This document shows, piece after piece, positions 1-9,482 of a stretch of DNA of 52,822 bases. Source of the DNA: an uncultured Bacteroidales bacterium. GTDB lineage: Bacteria > Bacteroidota > Bacteroidia > Bacteroidales > UBA4417. The stretch lies in assembly GCA_903822525.1 (NCBI GenBank), contig CAIJPI010000210.1:1-52822 (forward strand), in the 5' to 3' direction. The position numbers were made by a program, and so were the translations under genes. Below the pieces are notes generated by a model. It saw only the letters and a program-made list of their open reading frames with translations, had not been told where the DNA came from and ran no database searches. How positions within the stretch are numbered: the first letter of the stretch is position 1; every line of letters begins with the position of its first letter.

Positions 1-289
1 CGGTAACGTTTTGCGGTGAAACTTCAAATCCGAACTTCCCCGAACCGGTAAGCGGATTGGTGGCTGTAATCTGGTAGGTTTGACCGGCAATGTAGCCGCT
101 TGCAGGAATATTTGATGTTATCTGCCCTGCAGTTGTTGAGGCAGAACCTCCATGGCACGATGAACAGTTCGACCCGTCGCCTGGTGATCCGGTTTTAGCA
201 ACAGGAGCCCCATTCGGGTAGTTCATGGTATAGCTGCTGAATACAATTATGGCAGTTAAAAAGGAGAGTAAGCGTAGTTTTTGTTTCAT
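1..289 (-). CDS. Partial (5' part, runs off the window) Reeler-like / choice-of-anchor-V-like secreted protein with CxxCH; paralogue of 562..2115
   Basis: Not in the ORF track. Manual translation from ATG at 289 gives MKQKLRLLSFLTAIIVFSSYTMNYPNGAPVAKTGSPGDGSNCSSCHGGSASTTAGQITSNIPASGYIAGQTYQITATNPLTGSGKFGFEVSPQNVT with no stop, nearly identical to the N-terminal domain of the neighbouring gene. Confidence 0.9.
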   Translation of the reverse strand, partial: MKQKLRLLSFLTAIIVFSSYTMNYPNGAPVAKTGSPGDGSNCSSCHGGSASTTAGQITSNIPASGYIAGQTYQITATNPLTGSGKFGFEVSPQNVT

Positions 290-458
290 GATTGCTGAAC
301 ATTAATAATTAAAGTACTTGAAAAATGGATTATGAATTCAAAAAGCAAATAAAGTGAAAAAGCGTGATATATGCAGTAATCTACCTATGACGTTTAGGGT
401 ATATTATATTGATATATGTCATTTTATCAATATATATCATATGGTCAATGCATAAATG

Positions 459-513
459 AAAAACCGGAAAACTGAACAGTAGTCTTAAAACTCACTAAAC
501 AGCAATCCGGTTT
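459..513 (-). terminator. Possible intrinsic terminator between the two paralogues
   Basis: AAACCGGA (461-468) pairs with TCCGGTTT (506-513), with a long interrupted loop and a T-run on the minus strand. Confidence 0.4.
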
Positions 514-561
514 GACTAAAAAATTAAAAATCTATTTCAATTCTTTATATTCAGTACTGGT

Positions 562-2115
562 TTATCCTATTACAAGGATTTTCTTATTAAGTCTGGAAGT
601 ACCCGCTTCAACCACAACAATATATACACCTGCTTTCAACTGATGGCTGATTTGCTGGCTACCCTGCCCAGGAATGGTAGTGTTTAGCAATACTCTTCCC
701 GATAGATCCAGAATCATTACGCTAGCCTGGTTCGCGGTTGTATTCATTTCAAAGGTCAGGTAGCCATTTGACTGGCCTGCTATTACCCTGATTCCTGAAG
801 CATCTTCGCCCAGGCCGGTAGTATTGAGAACCTGAACAGTTACAACGGGTGAAGAGTTACTTAACCCACATGCGTTTACACCTTTTACACTTATATTCGC
901 ATTGCCGGTATAACCGGCATTCCACATCACCTGGGCAGTTGCAGTGGTGCCTGTAATAACTCCTGCTGCAGCAGGGCTGATTTGCCATTCATACGAATCA
1001 GCACCGGCTGATGTAGAATAATCACTCATCATGGTATTCTGAAGGTTTACCATAGTTGGGCCCGCAGGTGTTGTTGGAGTGGAAGGAAGCAGGCCAATTG
1101 AAGCAATGGTGAAATTACTCATCACACCGGTTCCACAAGTATTGGATGGCACAACAGTAATATCGCCGCTGTTAGCACCCATGGTAACATTAATTGAGCT
1201 TGTTCCCTGTCCGGATGAAATTACCGATCCTGCCGGAACGTTCCATGCATATGAAACTCCTGACACAGCCGAAACTGAATACGTCTGGGAGCTTGCCTGG
1301 CAAGGTGCATTATTACCTGCAATACTGCTGGTTTGTGCCGGAGTCGAATTCACAGCTACCATCTTGTTGGATGCTGCACCGCTACCTGCGGTATTGCTAC
1401 CATATACACTGATATTACTTGAAATAGAAGCAGGGTTATAATAAACACTTATAGATGTTGTACCTTGCCCGCTCATAATGCTGGCACCTGCAGGAGCTGT
1501 CCAGACATAGCTCGTTGCTCCCGAAATTGTTCCAACCGAATATGTTTCGGTGTTGTTCATACAAACCGATGCTGCTCCTGTAATCGGACCGGCTGCAGGA
1601 GGAACAGCAGCACCTTCCTGAACGGTGAGTGTGCTCAGTGTGGTCGGACCTGGCTTATTTCTGGCAAATGCTCCATAAAAAGTAACCTCGCCTGTACCAG
1701 CTGCCGGAGCAATCCAGTTGAATGTCCAGGTATTGGTTGTAGTGTTCGCATTGGAATGTGTAACGTATTTTGTCCCGCCCACAAGCTTACTGCCAGAGCC
1801 GGCAACCAGTGTCCCAAGTTGGGTTCCCGTAGCATTTTGTGGCGAAACTTCAAATCCTAATTTTCCTGATCCGGTGAGTGGATTAGTTGCAGTAATCTGG
1901 TACGTTTGTCCGGCAATATAACCACTTGCCGGTATATTGGAAGTAATTTTTCCGGCTGTAGTTGTTGCTGTTCCTCCATGACATGAAGTGCAATTGGAAC
2001 CATCGCCGGGTGAGCCTGTTACGCCTGAAGGAGCGCCATTAGGGTAATTAGTACTGCTGCTGAATACAATAACCGCAGCTGCAAAGAAGATCCAGGGTAA
2101 ATGTTTAATTCTCAT
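562..2115 (-). CDS. T9SS type A sorting-domain protein: N-terminal Reeler-like domain with CxxCH, three PKD/Ig-like repeats, C-terminal sorting domain
   Basis: Signal peptide; GSPGDGSNCTSCHGG; WTFNWIAP and VTFYGA Reeler-like motifs; repeated YxWxxP..G..I.SGQGT.SI.V units; C-terminus LKAGVYIVVV...KKILV. ATG at 2115 preferred over the TTG at 2124. Confidence 0.85.
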   Translation of the reverse strand: MRIKHLPWIFFAAAVIVFSSSTNYPNGAPSGVTGSPGDGSNCTSCHGGTATTTAGKITSNIPASGYIAGQTYQITATNPLTGSGKLGFEVSPQNATGTQLGTLVAGSGSKLVGGTKYVTHSNANTTTNTWTFNWIAPAAGTGEVTFYGAFARNKPGPTTLSTLTVQEGAAVPPAAGPITGAASVCMNNTETYSVGTISGATSYVWTAPAGASIMSGQGTTSISVYYNPASISSNISVYGSNTAGSGAASNKMVAVNSTPAQTSSIAGNNAPCQASSQTYSVSAVSGVSYAWNVPAGSVISSGQGTSSINVTMGANSGDITVVPSNTCGTGVMSNFTIASIGLLPSTPTTPAGPTMVNLQNTMMSDYSTSAGADSYEWQISPAAAGVITGTTATAQVMWNAGYTGNANISVKGVNACGLSNSSPVVTVQVLNTTGLGEDASGIRVIAGQSNGYLTFEMNTTANQASVMILDLSGRVLLNTTIPGQGSQQISHQLKAGVYIVVVEAGTSRLNKKILVIG

Positions 2116-2548
2116 TTTTCTCAATTATTAGTTTAACATTAGTTTTTATTTTAGTTTTTGTATTCATTTATTTACATATCTGCTAAAATAGATATATGAA
2201 TTAACAGGCTATCAGAAATTCATTCAATTGACAATAAAATTCATCCGGAAAATCAAAAGAAAAGAGGATAAAGAGTATAATTTGAATTCTGCATTTTCAA
2301 GTCTGTTCATGAATCAAAATTTTGAAAATCTTCAAGGGTGTTCAGAATACAACAATCCGTGTAGCTTTCTGTAAACAAAAGTACTTTACAAGAAATTCTT
2401 GATAAAAAAGTGTACGACAGACCGGAAAAAAAGAATGATCAATCGGGAAGTTTCAGTGATGAACCTGTTTTAGTGCTTTTCTTCCCTTCCCCGAGAGTAT
2501 TCAGAAAATTCTTATTTCGGGATAAAAATTCCGTTGGGGATAAAAATC

Positions 2549-2584
2549 AAAAAGGCGGCACCGGAATTTCCAATGCCACCTTTT
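2549..2584 (-). terminator. Intrinsic terminator of the efflux operon
   Basis: AAAAGGCGGCA...TGCCACCTTTT hairpin just past the RND stop codon. Confidence 0.7.
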
Positions 2585-2601
2585 ATTCACAAAAATATTT
2601 A

Positions 2602-5600
2602 TTAATCCTTGTTGACTATCAACTTATTCGATTTCCTTCTTTTAAGCCTGATCTTCATTTCGTAAGAAATAATATACATGGCAGGCACAAAAATAAGTGT
2701 TAAAAAAGTAGCGAAACTAAGCCCGAAGATAATAGTCCAGGAGAGTGGTCCCCAGAACATAACATTATCGCCTCCGATATGGATCTGCGGATTTAGCTGT
2801 GTAAACAAGGTAGTAAAGTTCAGGTTAAACCCAACAGCTAGCGGCACAAGTCCGAGTATGGTTGCCGTTGCTGTAAGAATAACAGGAGTGATACGGGTTT
2901 TACCTGCCATAATAATAGCTTCACGGGTTTTCATTCCACGCTCTTTAAGCGTATCAATAAATTCAACAATCAATATTCCGTTTCGCACCACTATTCCTCC
3001 CAGTGCAACAATGCCTAAACCGGTCATGATGATGGATATTGACATGTCGAAAATTACTATTCCCAGAAGAACTCCGATAACACTGAAGATTACTTCGCTC
3101 AGAATGATTACGGTCTTACTCAGTGAATTGAACTGAGTGATCAGAATAAAAAATATGAGCCCGATAGCTATAAGCATGGCTTTCCCAAGGAAAGCAGATG
3201 TTTCTGCCTGGTCTTCCTGTTCCCCGGTGAGTTTAATAGAGATGCCCTCATGTAAAGGAAAATCAACAGCAAGCTTTTTAACCTGTGCTACAATTTCGTT
3301 TGCGGTATAGCCAGTCAGCACTCCGCTCGACAAGGTGATAATCCTTTTGAGGTTTTGCCTTTTGATGCCTCCGTAGGAATCAACATAGTCAATTTTGGCT
3401 ATGGATGACAAGGGGATCTGACGCAGCAGGCCGGAATTCATATCACGGTACGTTATTTTCAGGTTGATAAGGTTATTGATATTTTCGCGGGTATCGAGCG
3501 AATACCTGAGTTGTATCGGAAATTCGTCTTCATCCATTTTGTATTTGGAGACTTCTTTCCCCAACACGGCTGTGCGAATTTCCATAGCGATCTGACCGGT
3601 GCTGATACCTTCGTGGTTGGCACGCTCACGATCGATATTGATAGCAATTTCAGGTTTATTTTCCTGGAAATCGCTTTTCAGGTCTTCGATACCCGGAATC
3701 TGAAGCGAATCGAGGTAATTTTTAAAAGCACCTGCATCGGTAATCAGGTCAGTCATATTTTCACCTGTGATTTCAATATTTACAGGCTTTCCGGTAGGAG
3801 GACCCGATCGGTTTTTCTCGGTAGATATTTCGGTTCCGGGAATGCCTTTCACTTCGCTACGGATCTTTTCGAGATATTCATTCGTATTAATACCGATTCG
3901 GTTTTTATATTCAACAAAGTTGATGGTAACCTTACCCTTTTCGGCACTGAGCGAACGGCTGAAATCCATATCATCGCCAGCTCCGAGCGCAATATTGGTG
4001 ATTACCGATTCAACATCCGGATTATTTTTACCTAACACCTTAATAACCCGTTGTTCAACAATTTTGGTAATCGAGTCCGTTACAATCTGGTCGGTTCCTA
4101 CAGGCATTTTTACCCTGACATTAATGCTGTTTGGCATATTATCAGGGAAAAACAGGACTTTAGGGCTGCGGATGCCTGTTGCTACTATGGTTATGAAAAA
4201 CAATACGATTACACTTACCAGCAGGTACCAGGGGTTATTCCCCCGAATGGCAAATCGCAACTGTTTTTCGTACATACGCATAAACCATGGCCAACCACTC
4301 TCCTGCCACCATTTAATATAGGGTTTCAATAAAGTATGGAAGAAAAGCACTATCAAGGCAACAAACACAAAGAAGTTCCCCATGCCAAATGCTGTTTCGC
4401 TATGATTTGCAGCATAAAAGCCATAACTTATAAGTGCTAAAACAAGGGAAGCTAAAACCTGTAATACCATCCGTTTTTTAAATTTCCGTTTATCCGGAGC
4501 ATCAAATTCATGTTTCATGAACGAAACAGCAAAAACAGGATTGATTATATACGCTACAAAAAGAGAGGCAAAGAGCGTAATAATCAGTGTAACGGGTATA
4601 TAGAACATAAACTTACCGACTATTCCAGGCCAGAAAGCCAAGGGGAAAAATGGGGCTAGTGTGGTAAGTGTTCCCGACAAAATAGGTAAAAACACCTCCC
4701 CTGCCGCCTGCTTGGCTGCAAGAATAATATTAGGCTGTTTCTGGTGGGTACGGTGAATATTTTCGATAACCACAATGGCATCATCCACTACAATCCCAAG
4801 GGCAAATATCAATCCGAACATCACAATCATGTTCATCGTGAAACCCAAAGCAGGCATTATCATAAAGGCAATTGCCATCGAAAGCGGCACAGCCAGTCCG
4901 ACAAAGAATGCATTGGTGAAGCCCATGAAAAACATAAGTACCAGGGTAACGAGTATCATCCCGATAATAATAGTGTTGTTAAGTTCCTCAAGTGTATTGC
5001 GGGTATAACGCGATTGTTCCCCTGTGAGGGTTACTTTCAGGTCGTTAGGAAACTCTTTATTTATAAGGTCGTCGTGCAGAATATTTTTGATTTTATCAGA
5101 AGCTTCAAGCAGGTTTCGACCGCTTTTCTTCACAACGTTAAGTGTAATTACATTTTGACCATTCAGTCGCGAGAAACTTTCCTGTTCTTTGAACGTATCC
5201 TTTATTTCAGCCACATCCTTCAGATAAACCGAAGCACCGCTTGCCGATTTAATGACGATGTTCCGCATTACATCCAGATTCGTAAACTGTCCTTGGACGC
5301 GGATGGAACGTTTCATCCCGAAAGAGCTGATGTTACCGGCCGAAATAGTCAGGTTTTCGGCAGCTATTGCGCGGTCGATATCGGTTAAGGTTATGCTCGA
5401 AGCCTGGGCTTTATACATATCCACATTGATCTGTATTTCACGCTCGAGCGCTCCGACAACATCGACACGGGTAATTTCGTTAAGCGATTCGATACGGTCC
5501 TGGGCTACCTCAGCATACTTTTTCAGCTGATCGAGGTCGTAGTTTCCCGAAATCTGAATAAACATGATAGGGATTTCCGAGAAATCGATATCCATAACAC

Positions 5601-6006
5601 CCGGGTCCTTTAGCAGGTTGTTCGGCAGGTCGTTTTTACTTTTGTCGACAGCATCTTTTACCCTTTGCTTGGCCTCGGGTACAGCAACATCCGTGTTGAA
5701 CTCAATGGCTATGGATGAGAAATCCTGAAGGGAATTACTGGTGATTTTCTTAACCCCTGCAATGCCTTTCAGTTGTTTTTCGATAGGCCGTGTAACAAGG
5801 TTCTCCATATCCTCGGGCGAAGTGCCAGGGTATACGGTATTAACAAGGATGGTAGGGATTACAATTTCGGGAAACTGTTCCTTTGGGATGCTCCGGTAGC
5901 TACTGATTCCGAGCAATGTGATAAAAACAGCCAGCACATAAATACTGGTTTTATTATCAATAGCCCAACTGGTAGCAAAAAACTCTTTGAGATTATTTTT
6001 CTTCAT
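2602..6006 (-). CDS. RND efflux transporter permease, AcrB/AcrD/AcrF family
   Basis: 1134 aa; two periplasmic halves plus TM bundles; GIVVDDAIVVIENI and GIVVRNGILIVEF motifs; TRITPVILTA. Confidence 0.95.
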   Translation of the reverse strand: MKKNNLKEFFATSWAIDNKTSIYVLAVFITLLGISSYRSIPKEQFPEIVIPTILVNTVYPGTSPEDMENLVTRPIEKQLKGIAGVKKITSNSLQDFSSIAIEFNTDVAVPEAKQRVKDAVDKSKNDLPNNLLKDPGVMDIDFSEIPIMFIQISGNYDLDQLKKYAEVAQDRIESLNEITRVDVVGALEREIQINVDMYKAQASSITLTDIDRAIAAENLTISAGNISSFGMKRSIRVQGQFTNLDVMRNIVIKSASGASVYLKDVAEIKDTFKEQESFSRLNGQNVITLNVVKKSGRNLLEASDKIKNILHDDLINKEFPNDLKVTLTGEQSRYTRNTLEELNNTIIIGMILVTLVLMFFMGFTNAFFVGLAVPLSMAIAFMIMPALGFTMNMIVMFGLIFALGIVVDDAIVVIENIHRTHQKQPNIILAAKQAAGEVFLPILSGTLTTLAPFFPLAFWPGIVGKFMFYIPVTLIITLFASLFVAYIINPVFAVSFMKHEFDAPDKRKFKKRMVLQVLASLVLALISYGFYAANHSETAFGMGNFFVFVALIVLFFHTLLKPYIKWWQESGWPWFMRMYEKQLRFAIRGNNPWYLLVSVIVLFFITIVATGIRSPKVLFFPDNMPNSINVRVKMPVGTDQIVTDSITKIVEQRVIKVLGKNNPDVESVITNIALGAGDDMDFSRSLSAEKGKVTINFVEYKNRIGINTNEYLEKIRSEVKGIPGTEISTEKNRSGPPTGKPVNIEITGENMTDLITDAGAFKNYLDSLQIPGIEDLKSDFQENKPEIAINIDRERANHEGISTGQIAMEIRTAVLGKEVSKYKMDEDEFPIQLRYSLDTRENINNLINLKITYRDMNSGLLRQIPLSSIAKIDYVDSYGGIKRQNLKRIITLSSGVLTGYTANEIVAQVKKLAVDFPLHEGISIKLTGEQEDQAETSAFLGKAMLIAIGLIFFILITQFNSLSKTVIILSEVIFSVIGVLLGIVIFDMSISIIMTGLGIVALGGIVVRNGILIVEFIDTLKERGMKTREAIIMAGKTRITPVILTATATILGLVPLAVGFNLNFTTLFTQLNPQIHIGGDNVMFWGPLSWTIIFGLSFATFLTLIFVPAMYIISYEMKIRLKRRKSNKLIVNKD

Positions 6007-6050
6007 AGTATTGTCTAAGTTATTTAAACAGGGGAATCACCCGTTTTGCA

Positions 6051-7175
6051 TTAGTTAACTTGAATGAGTTCGCCGTCGATCAGGCTGTTAAAACCGGTAG
6101 TGATGATTTTTTCGCCTAAAGTTATTCCAGCCGTAATTTCAGCCAATCCGTTATAGGTATTGCCAACAGTAACAGGGAGCCTACGGGCGACCAGTTTGCC
6201 ACTCTCTTCTTTGGCAACATAGATGTATTTTCCGGCCTGTGTTTCACGAATAAGAGTTATAGGTACCGTAAATGCTGAAGGATTTCGGTAATCGTTAATT
6301 TTTACTACAGCCATCATATTGGCGCGGTATTCCACTTTGCTCGGGCCCAGGCGAACTTCACTCTGGAAAGTCCTGTTGATAGGGTTTATATATTTGCTGG
6401 TAAAACGTACCGTCGAAGTAATTTCGGTGTTGAAGTCAGGAAAGAAAACTACAACTTTATTACCCGGTTTTACCTTGGGTGCATAGGCTTCAGCAATTTC
6501 GGCAACAACCTTCACACTCGAAAAATTAACTACGCGAACTGCCGGCTGACCGGGTGATGCAAGTTGACCCACTTTCAGGTTCACTTCTTCAACACTACCA
6601 TTGATCGGCGATTTAATACGGGTCATTTCCAGCTGATCATTCAGGGTTGCCAATGCTTTTTCGAGATTCTCCTTTGTATTTTTAGATGTAAGGTACTGAA
6701 CCTCACTCCCGATTTGCTGATCCCAGAGCGCTTTTTGCTTTGCAAACATATTGGATGCGAAATCGCACTGCTGTTTGGTGCTTGCAATTTGCTGCATCAT
6801 TACGGCATTATCAATCTGAGCAAGTACCTGTCCTTTACGCACCGGGTCGCCTTCTTTAACAAACACGGCTGTAATGGAGCCGGCCATCTGGGCTGAAATG
6901 GCGATATTATCTTCACCGTCAACTTTGCCCTGTACTTCCAGATAATGATTGAATTCGGCAGGTTTAGCTTCTGTAATGGAAACGGCTGTCGTTTTACTCA
7001 CTTTCGTTGTATCATTGACCTGCAATTCAGTTTCGAGGGCTTTTATCTTTACTGATAATTCATCGTGTTGCTTTTTTAGACCAGCAAGTTCGGTTTTTTT
7101 ATCGGCAGGCTTGTTGCAGGCAACTGCTGCTATTACAAGCATCAGGAAAATTACGGATTTGTTCATGGTTTTCAT
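6051..7175 (-). CDS. RND efflux periplasmic adaptor (MFP), lipoprotein
   Basis: Lipobox AVAC; VKEGDPVRKGQVLAQID lipoyl-like motif; IKSPINGSV; position in the operon. Confidence 0.95.
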   Translation of the reverse strand: MKTMNKSVIFLMLVIAAVACNKPADKKTELAGLKKQHDELSVKIKALETELQVNDTTKVSKTTAVSITEAKPAEFNHYLEVQGKVDGEDNIAISAQMAGSITAVFVKEGDPVRKGQVLAQIDNAVMMQQIASTKQQCDFASNMFAKQKALWDQQIGSEVQYLTSKNTKENLEKALATLNDQLEMTRIKSPINGSVEEVNLKVGQLASPGQPAVRVVNFSSVKVVAEIAEAYAPKVKPGNKVVVFFPDFNTEITSTVRFTSKYINPINRTFQSEVRLGPSKVEYRANMMAVVKINDYRNPSAFTVPITLIRETQAGKYIYVAKEESGKLVARRLPVTVGNTYNGLAEITAGITLGEKIITTGFNSLIDGELIQVN

Positions 7176-7200
7176 TGTATATGTGTTTTTGTTTTTTTGA

Positions 7201-8598
7201 TTACAGGTTGTTATTTAATTTGTCGAGTTTATTTTTTGCCGAAATGAGCGAAAAGATTGAACTGTACAAACTGCTCTGTGCATTCAGGTACTGAGCCAGG
7301 TTGTCGCTTATATCTTTACTGCTTGCCAACCCTTCGTTGAATCGGATAAGTGTTTTATCATATATGCGTTTGGTGAGTTCGATATTTCGCTTGTCGTTTA
7401 CATATTTCTCATATGCTGTGGAAATATTATTACGCGCATTCATGTTCTCCAGCTGTAGCCCGTTGGTGGCATTATTACGGATGTTGATAACCTGCTGAAG
7501 TTCCAGCTCACGTTGCTGTACCTTTACATTCCGCATGCCGCTTGAGAATATCGGGATATTCATCGATATCTGGAAAACATCTTTGGGATTAAAGTCAAAT
7601 TCGGGTTTCTTCATTTTTTCCGAATGACGGTATACTGCAGCCAGGTTTGGCAGGAAAGTACTCTGTTCCCTTCTAAGGTTCAGCCTGCTGATAGCCTCTG
7701 AATTAGCCAGAATCTGGTAATCAAGATTGTTGTTGATATTAAACTGCGATGCAACTATGGTTTCAAGGTTGATATTATCGGCTATGCTCTCCAACTGATC
7801 GGTGAGAATGATATTTTCGTCAAATGGCATCCCGAGCTGAAATTTCATGACATCCAAGGTATAATCAAGCTGCCGTCTCAATGAATTCACCCCATTGGCG
7901 AGGGAGAGGCTTGCAAATTCGAGCTGATCAACATCTGTATTCTCGAGTAAACCCTGCTTATACATTTGCTGCATGTCCGAAAGTGTCTTCTTTGTATTGT
8001 CGAGCGATTTTTTCATAACCTCAAGGTTTCGCTCGAGCAGCAATGCCGTAGTATACATATTGGCAACGAACTCTTTAAGCTCGATTTCGGTTTTTGCCTT
8101 TTTTTGCTCTGACATCAGGTAAAAAATCTTTGTCGCCTGAAGGCCAACAATATACTCACCGCTGAAAATCAGCTGCGAAACAGTAATATCGAGTGTGGTA
8201 TTGTTTTTTACGCCTAACTGTATAGGTGGCATAGCCTGGTATCCGAGGTACACACTATTCCCGATATCTTCCGACATAACAGGAGTGCCATCGGGTAGAT
8301 CGCTTTTAAGGATAGTTATTCCCCCAAGACTCATCTCAGGTACTTTAAACAGATGCTGGTAATTGGCCTGGGCGTTAACCTGCGGCATGCCCATTGCCTT
8401 TGTTTCCCAGATCTTCTTTCTTGCTATCTCCATATCGAGAACAGCATTCCGGGAACCGGCATTATTTTTAATTGCATAATCCTGGGCCTGCTTCAGGCTG
8501 AGGGATGTAGTCGCGGCCTGATTATTCTGTGCTGAAGCAGAAAACTGCACGGTACAGGCAAGTAATGCGGTGAACAGTGTGATGATGGGTAATTTCAT
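7201..8598 (-). CDS. TolC-family outer membrane efflux protein
   Basis: Signal peptide; LSLKQAQDYAIKNN; coiled coils; IPIFSSG; lies upstream of the MFP and RND genes. Confidence 0.93.
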   Translation of the reverse strand: MKLPIITLFTALLACTVQFSASAQNNQAATTSLSLKQAQDYAIKNNAGSRNAVLDMEIARKKIWETKAMGMPQVNAQANYQHLFKVPEMSLGGITILKSDLPDGTPVMSEDIGNSVYLGYQAMPPIQLGVKNNTTLDITVSQLIFSGEYIVGLQATKIFYLMSEQKKAKTEIELKEFVANMYTTALLLERNLEVMKKSLDNTKKTLSDMQQMYKQGLLENTDVDQLEFASLSLANGVNSLRRQLDYTLDVMKFQLGMPFDENIILTDQLESIADNINLETIVASQFNINNNLDYQILANSEAISRLNLRREQSTFLPNLAAVYRHSEKMKKPEFDFNPKDVFQISMNIPIFSSGMRNVKVQQRELELQQVINIRNNATNGLQLENMNARNNISTAYEKYVNDKRNIELTKRIYDKTLIRFNEGLASSKDISDNLAQYLNAQSSLYSSIFSLISAKNKLDKLNNNL

Positions 8599-8601
8599 GG
8601 A

Positions 8602-9222
8602 TCAGATATTGATATTTAAAATATTAGTTTGTTTTTCGTAATAGGCAAGCCCCTCAGCATTTGCAATGCCTCGGATATGGTTATCGAACATTACCTGGAA
8701 AACTTTTTCGAACGAAAAGCTAACCGATGATAAAAATTCGGGGTCGTGAACATCAACCAGTTTCTGGATATAAAGCCTTGCAACCAGATCGATGTCAAGA
8801 TCGTTTCGGTAGATGCCTTCCTCAATTCCCTGCGCAAAGTTTTGTTTTACCTGTTTAAAAACATGATCGCGTTTTTTAATGATAAACTCGCGGTAAATGA
8901 CCGGGTAGTACTTCTGCAGATCGAAGGCGTTGGAAGGATTTAAATCCTTCATCTGATTGCTTACATTATGGCTGACAGCCAAAAGAATGTCAATAGCGTT
9001 CATTTTTTCAGTATCGCCACTGATACATACTGTACTTTCTCTTTGTAACATGGTGTTGAGAACCATTTCGACAAGTTCCGTTTTATTTGCTACATACTGG
9101 TAAATCGTTTTTTTCGACATCCCAAGTTCCTTCGCAATATCGTCCATGGATACACTTCGGATTCCGAATTTTTTAAACAGCAGTAGGCTTTCAGATATTA
9201 TACGGTCAATTTTTTCGTCCAT
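8602..9222 (-). CDS. TetR/AcrR family transcriptional regulator
   Basis: FKKFGIRSVSMDDIAKELGMSKKTIYQY helix-turn-helix. Start moved to ATG 9222 (MDEKID) because a promoter box lies at 9243-9250. Confidence 0.93.
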   Translation of the reverse strand: MDEKIDRIISESLLLFKKFGIRSVSMDDIAKELGMSKKTIYQYVANKTELVEMVLNTMLQRESTVCISGDTEKMNAIDILLAVSHNVSNQMKDLNPSNAFDLQKYYPVIYREFIIKKRDHVFKQVKQNFAQGIEEGIYRNDLDIDLVARLYIQKLVDVHDPEFLSSVSFSFEKVFQVMFDNHIRGIANAEGLAYYEKQTNILNINI

Positions 9223-9242
9223 AATTTTCGGTTTAAACGTTG

Positions 9243-9295
9243 CAAAAATAAAACATTTAAACACACCGGAAACATTTTATATAATATTTGTTTCC
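9243..9295 (-). promoter_or_regulatory. Bacteroidota -7 promoter box plus probable TetR operator
   Basis: TATTTTTG on the minus strand (9243-9250) fits TAnnTTTG; inverted repeat GGAAACA (9268-9274) N14 TGTTTCC (9289-9295) overlaps the expected -33 region. Confidence 0.6.
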
Positions 9296-9482
9296 ATTGT
9301 TTCTATGTGTATAAACGGATCGGGTTGCTTTTTGTTCTGCGAAATTCAAAACAAATTTTCCGGCCGGCAAATAAAAAGCGGCGAATGGCGGAATATTATG
9401 GGTGAATGGCAATAACTAGGCGAACAGCTGGATGATAATGCTGTCGCGGGTTAACCTCGGAATGGGGCCAGGAAAAATCAGT

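Noticed and set aside
2410-2703. 97-aa ORF and short GGGATAAAAAT direct repeats (2519, 2537)
   Set aside because: The ORF crosses the terminator and the RND 3' end; two 11-nt AT-rich copies are too weak to call.
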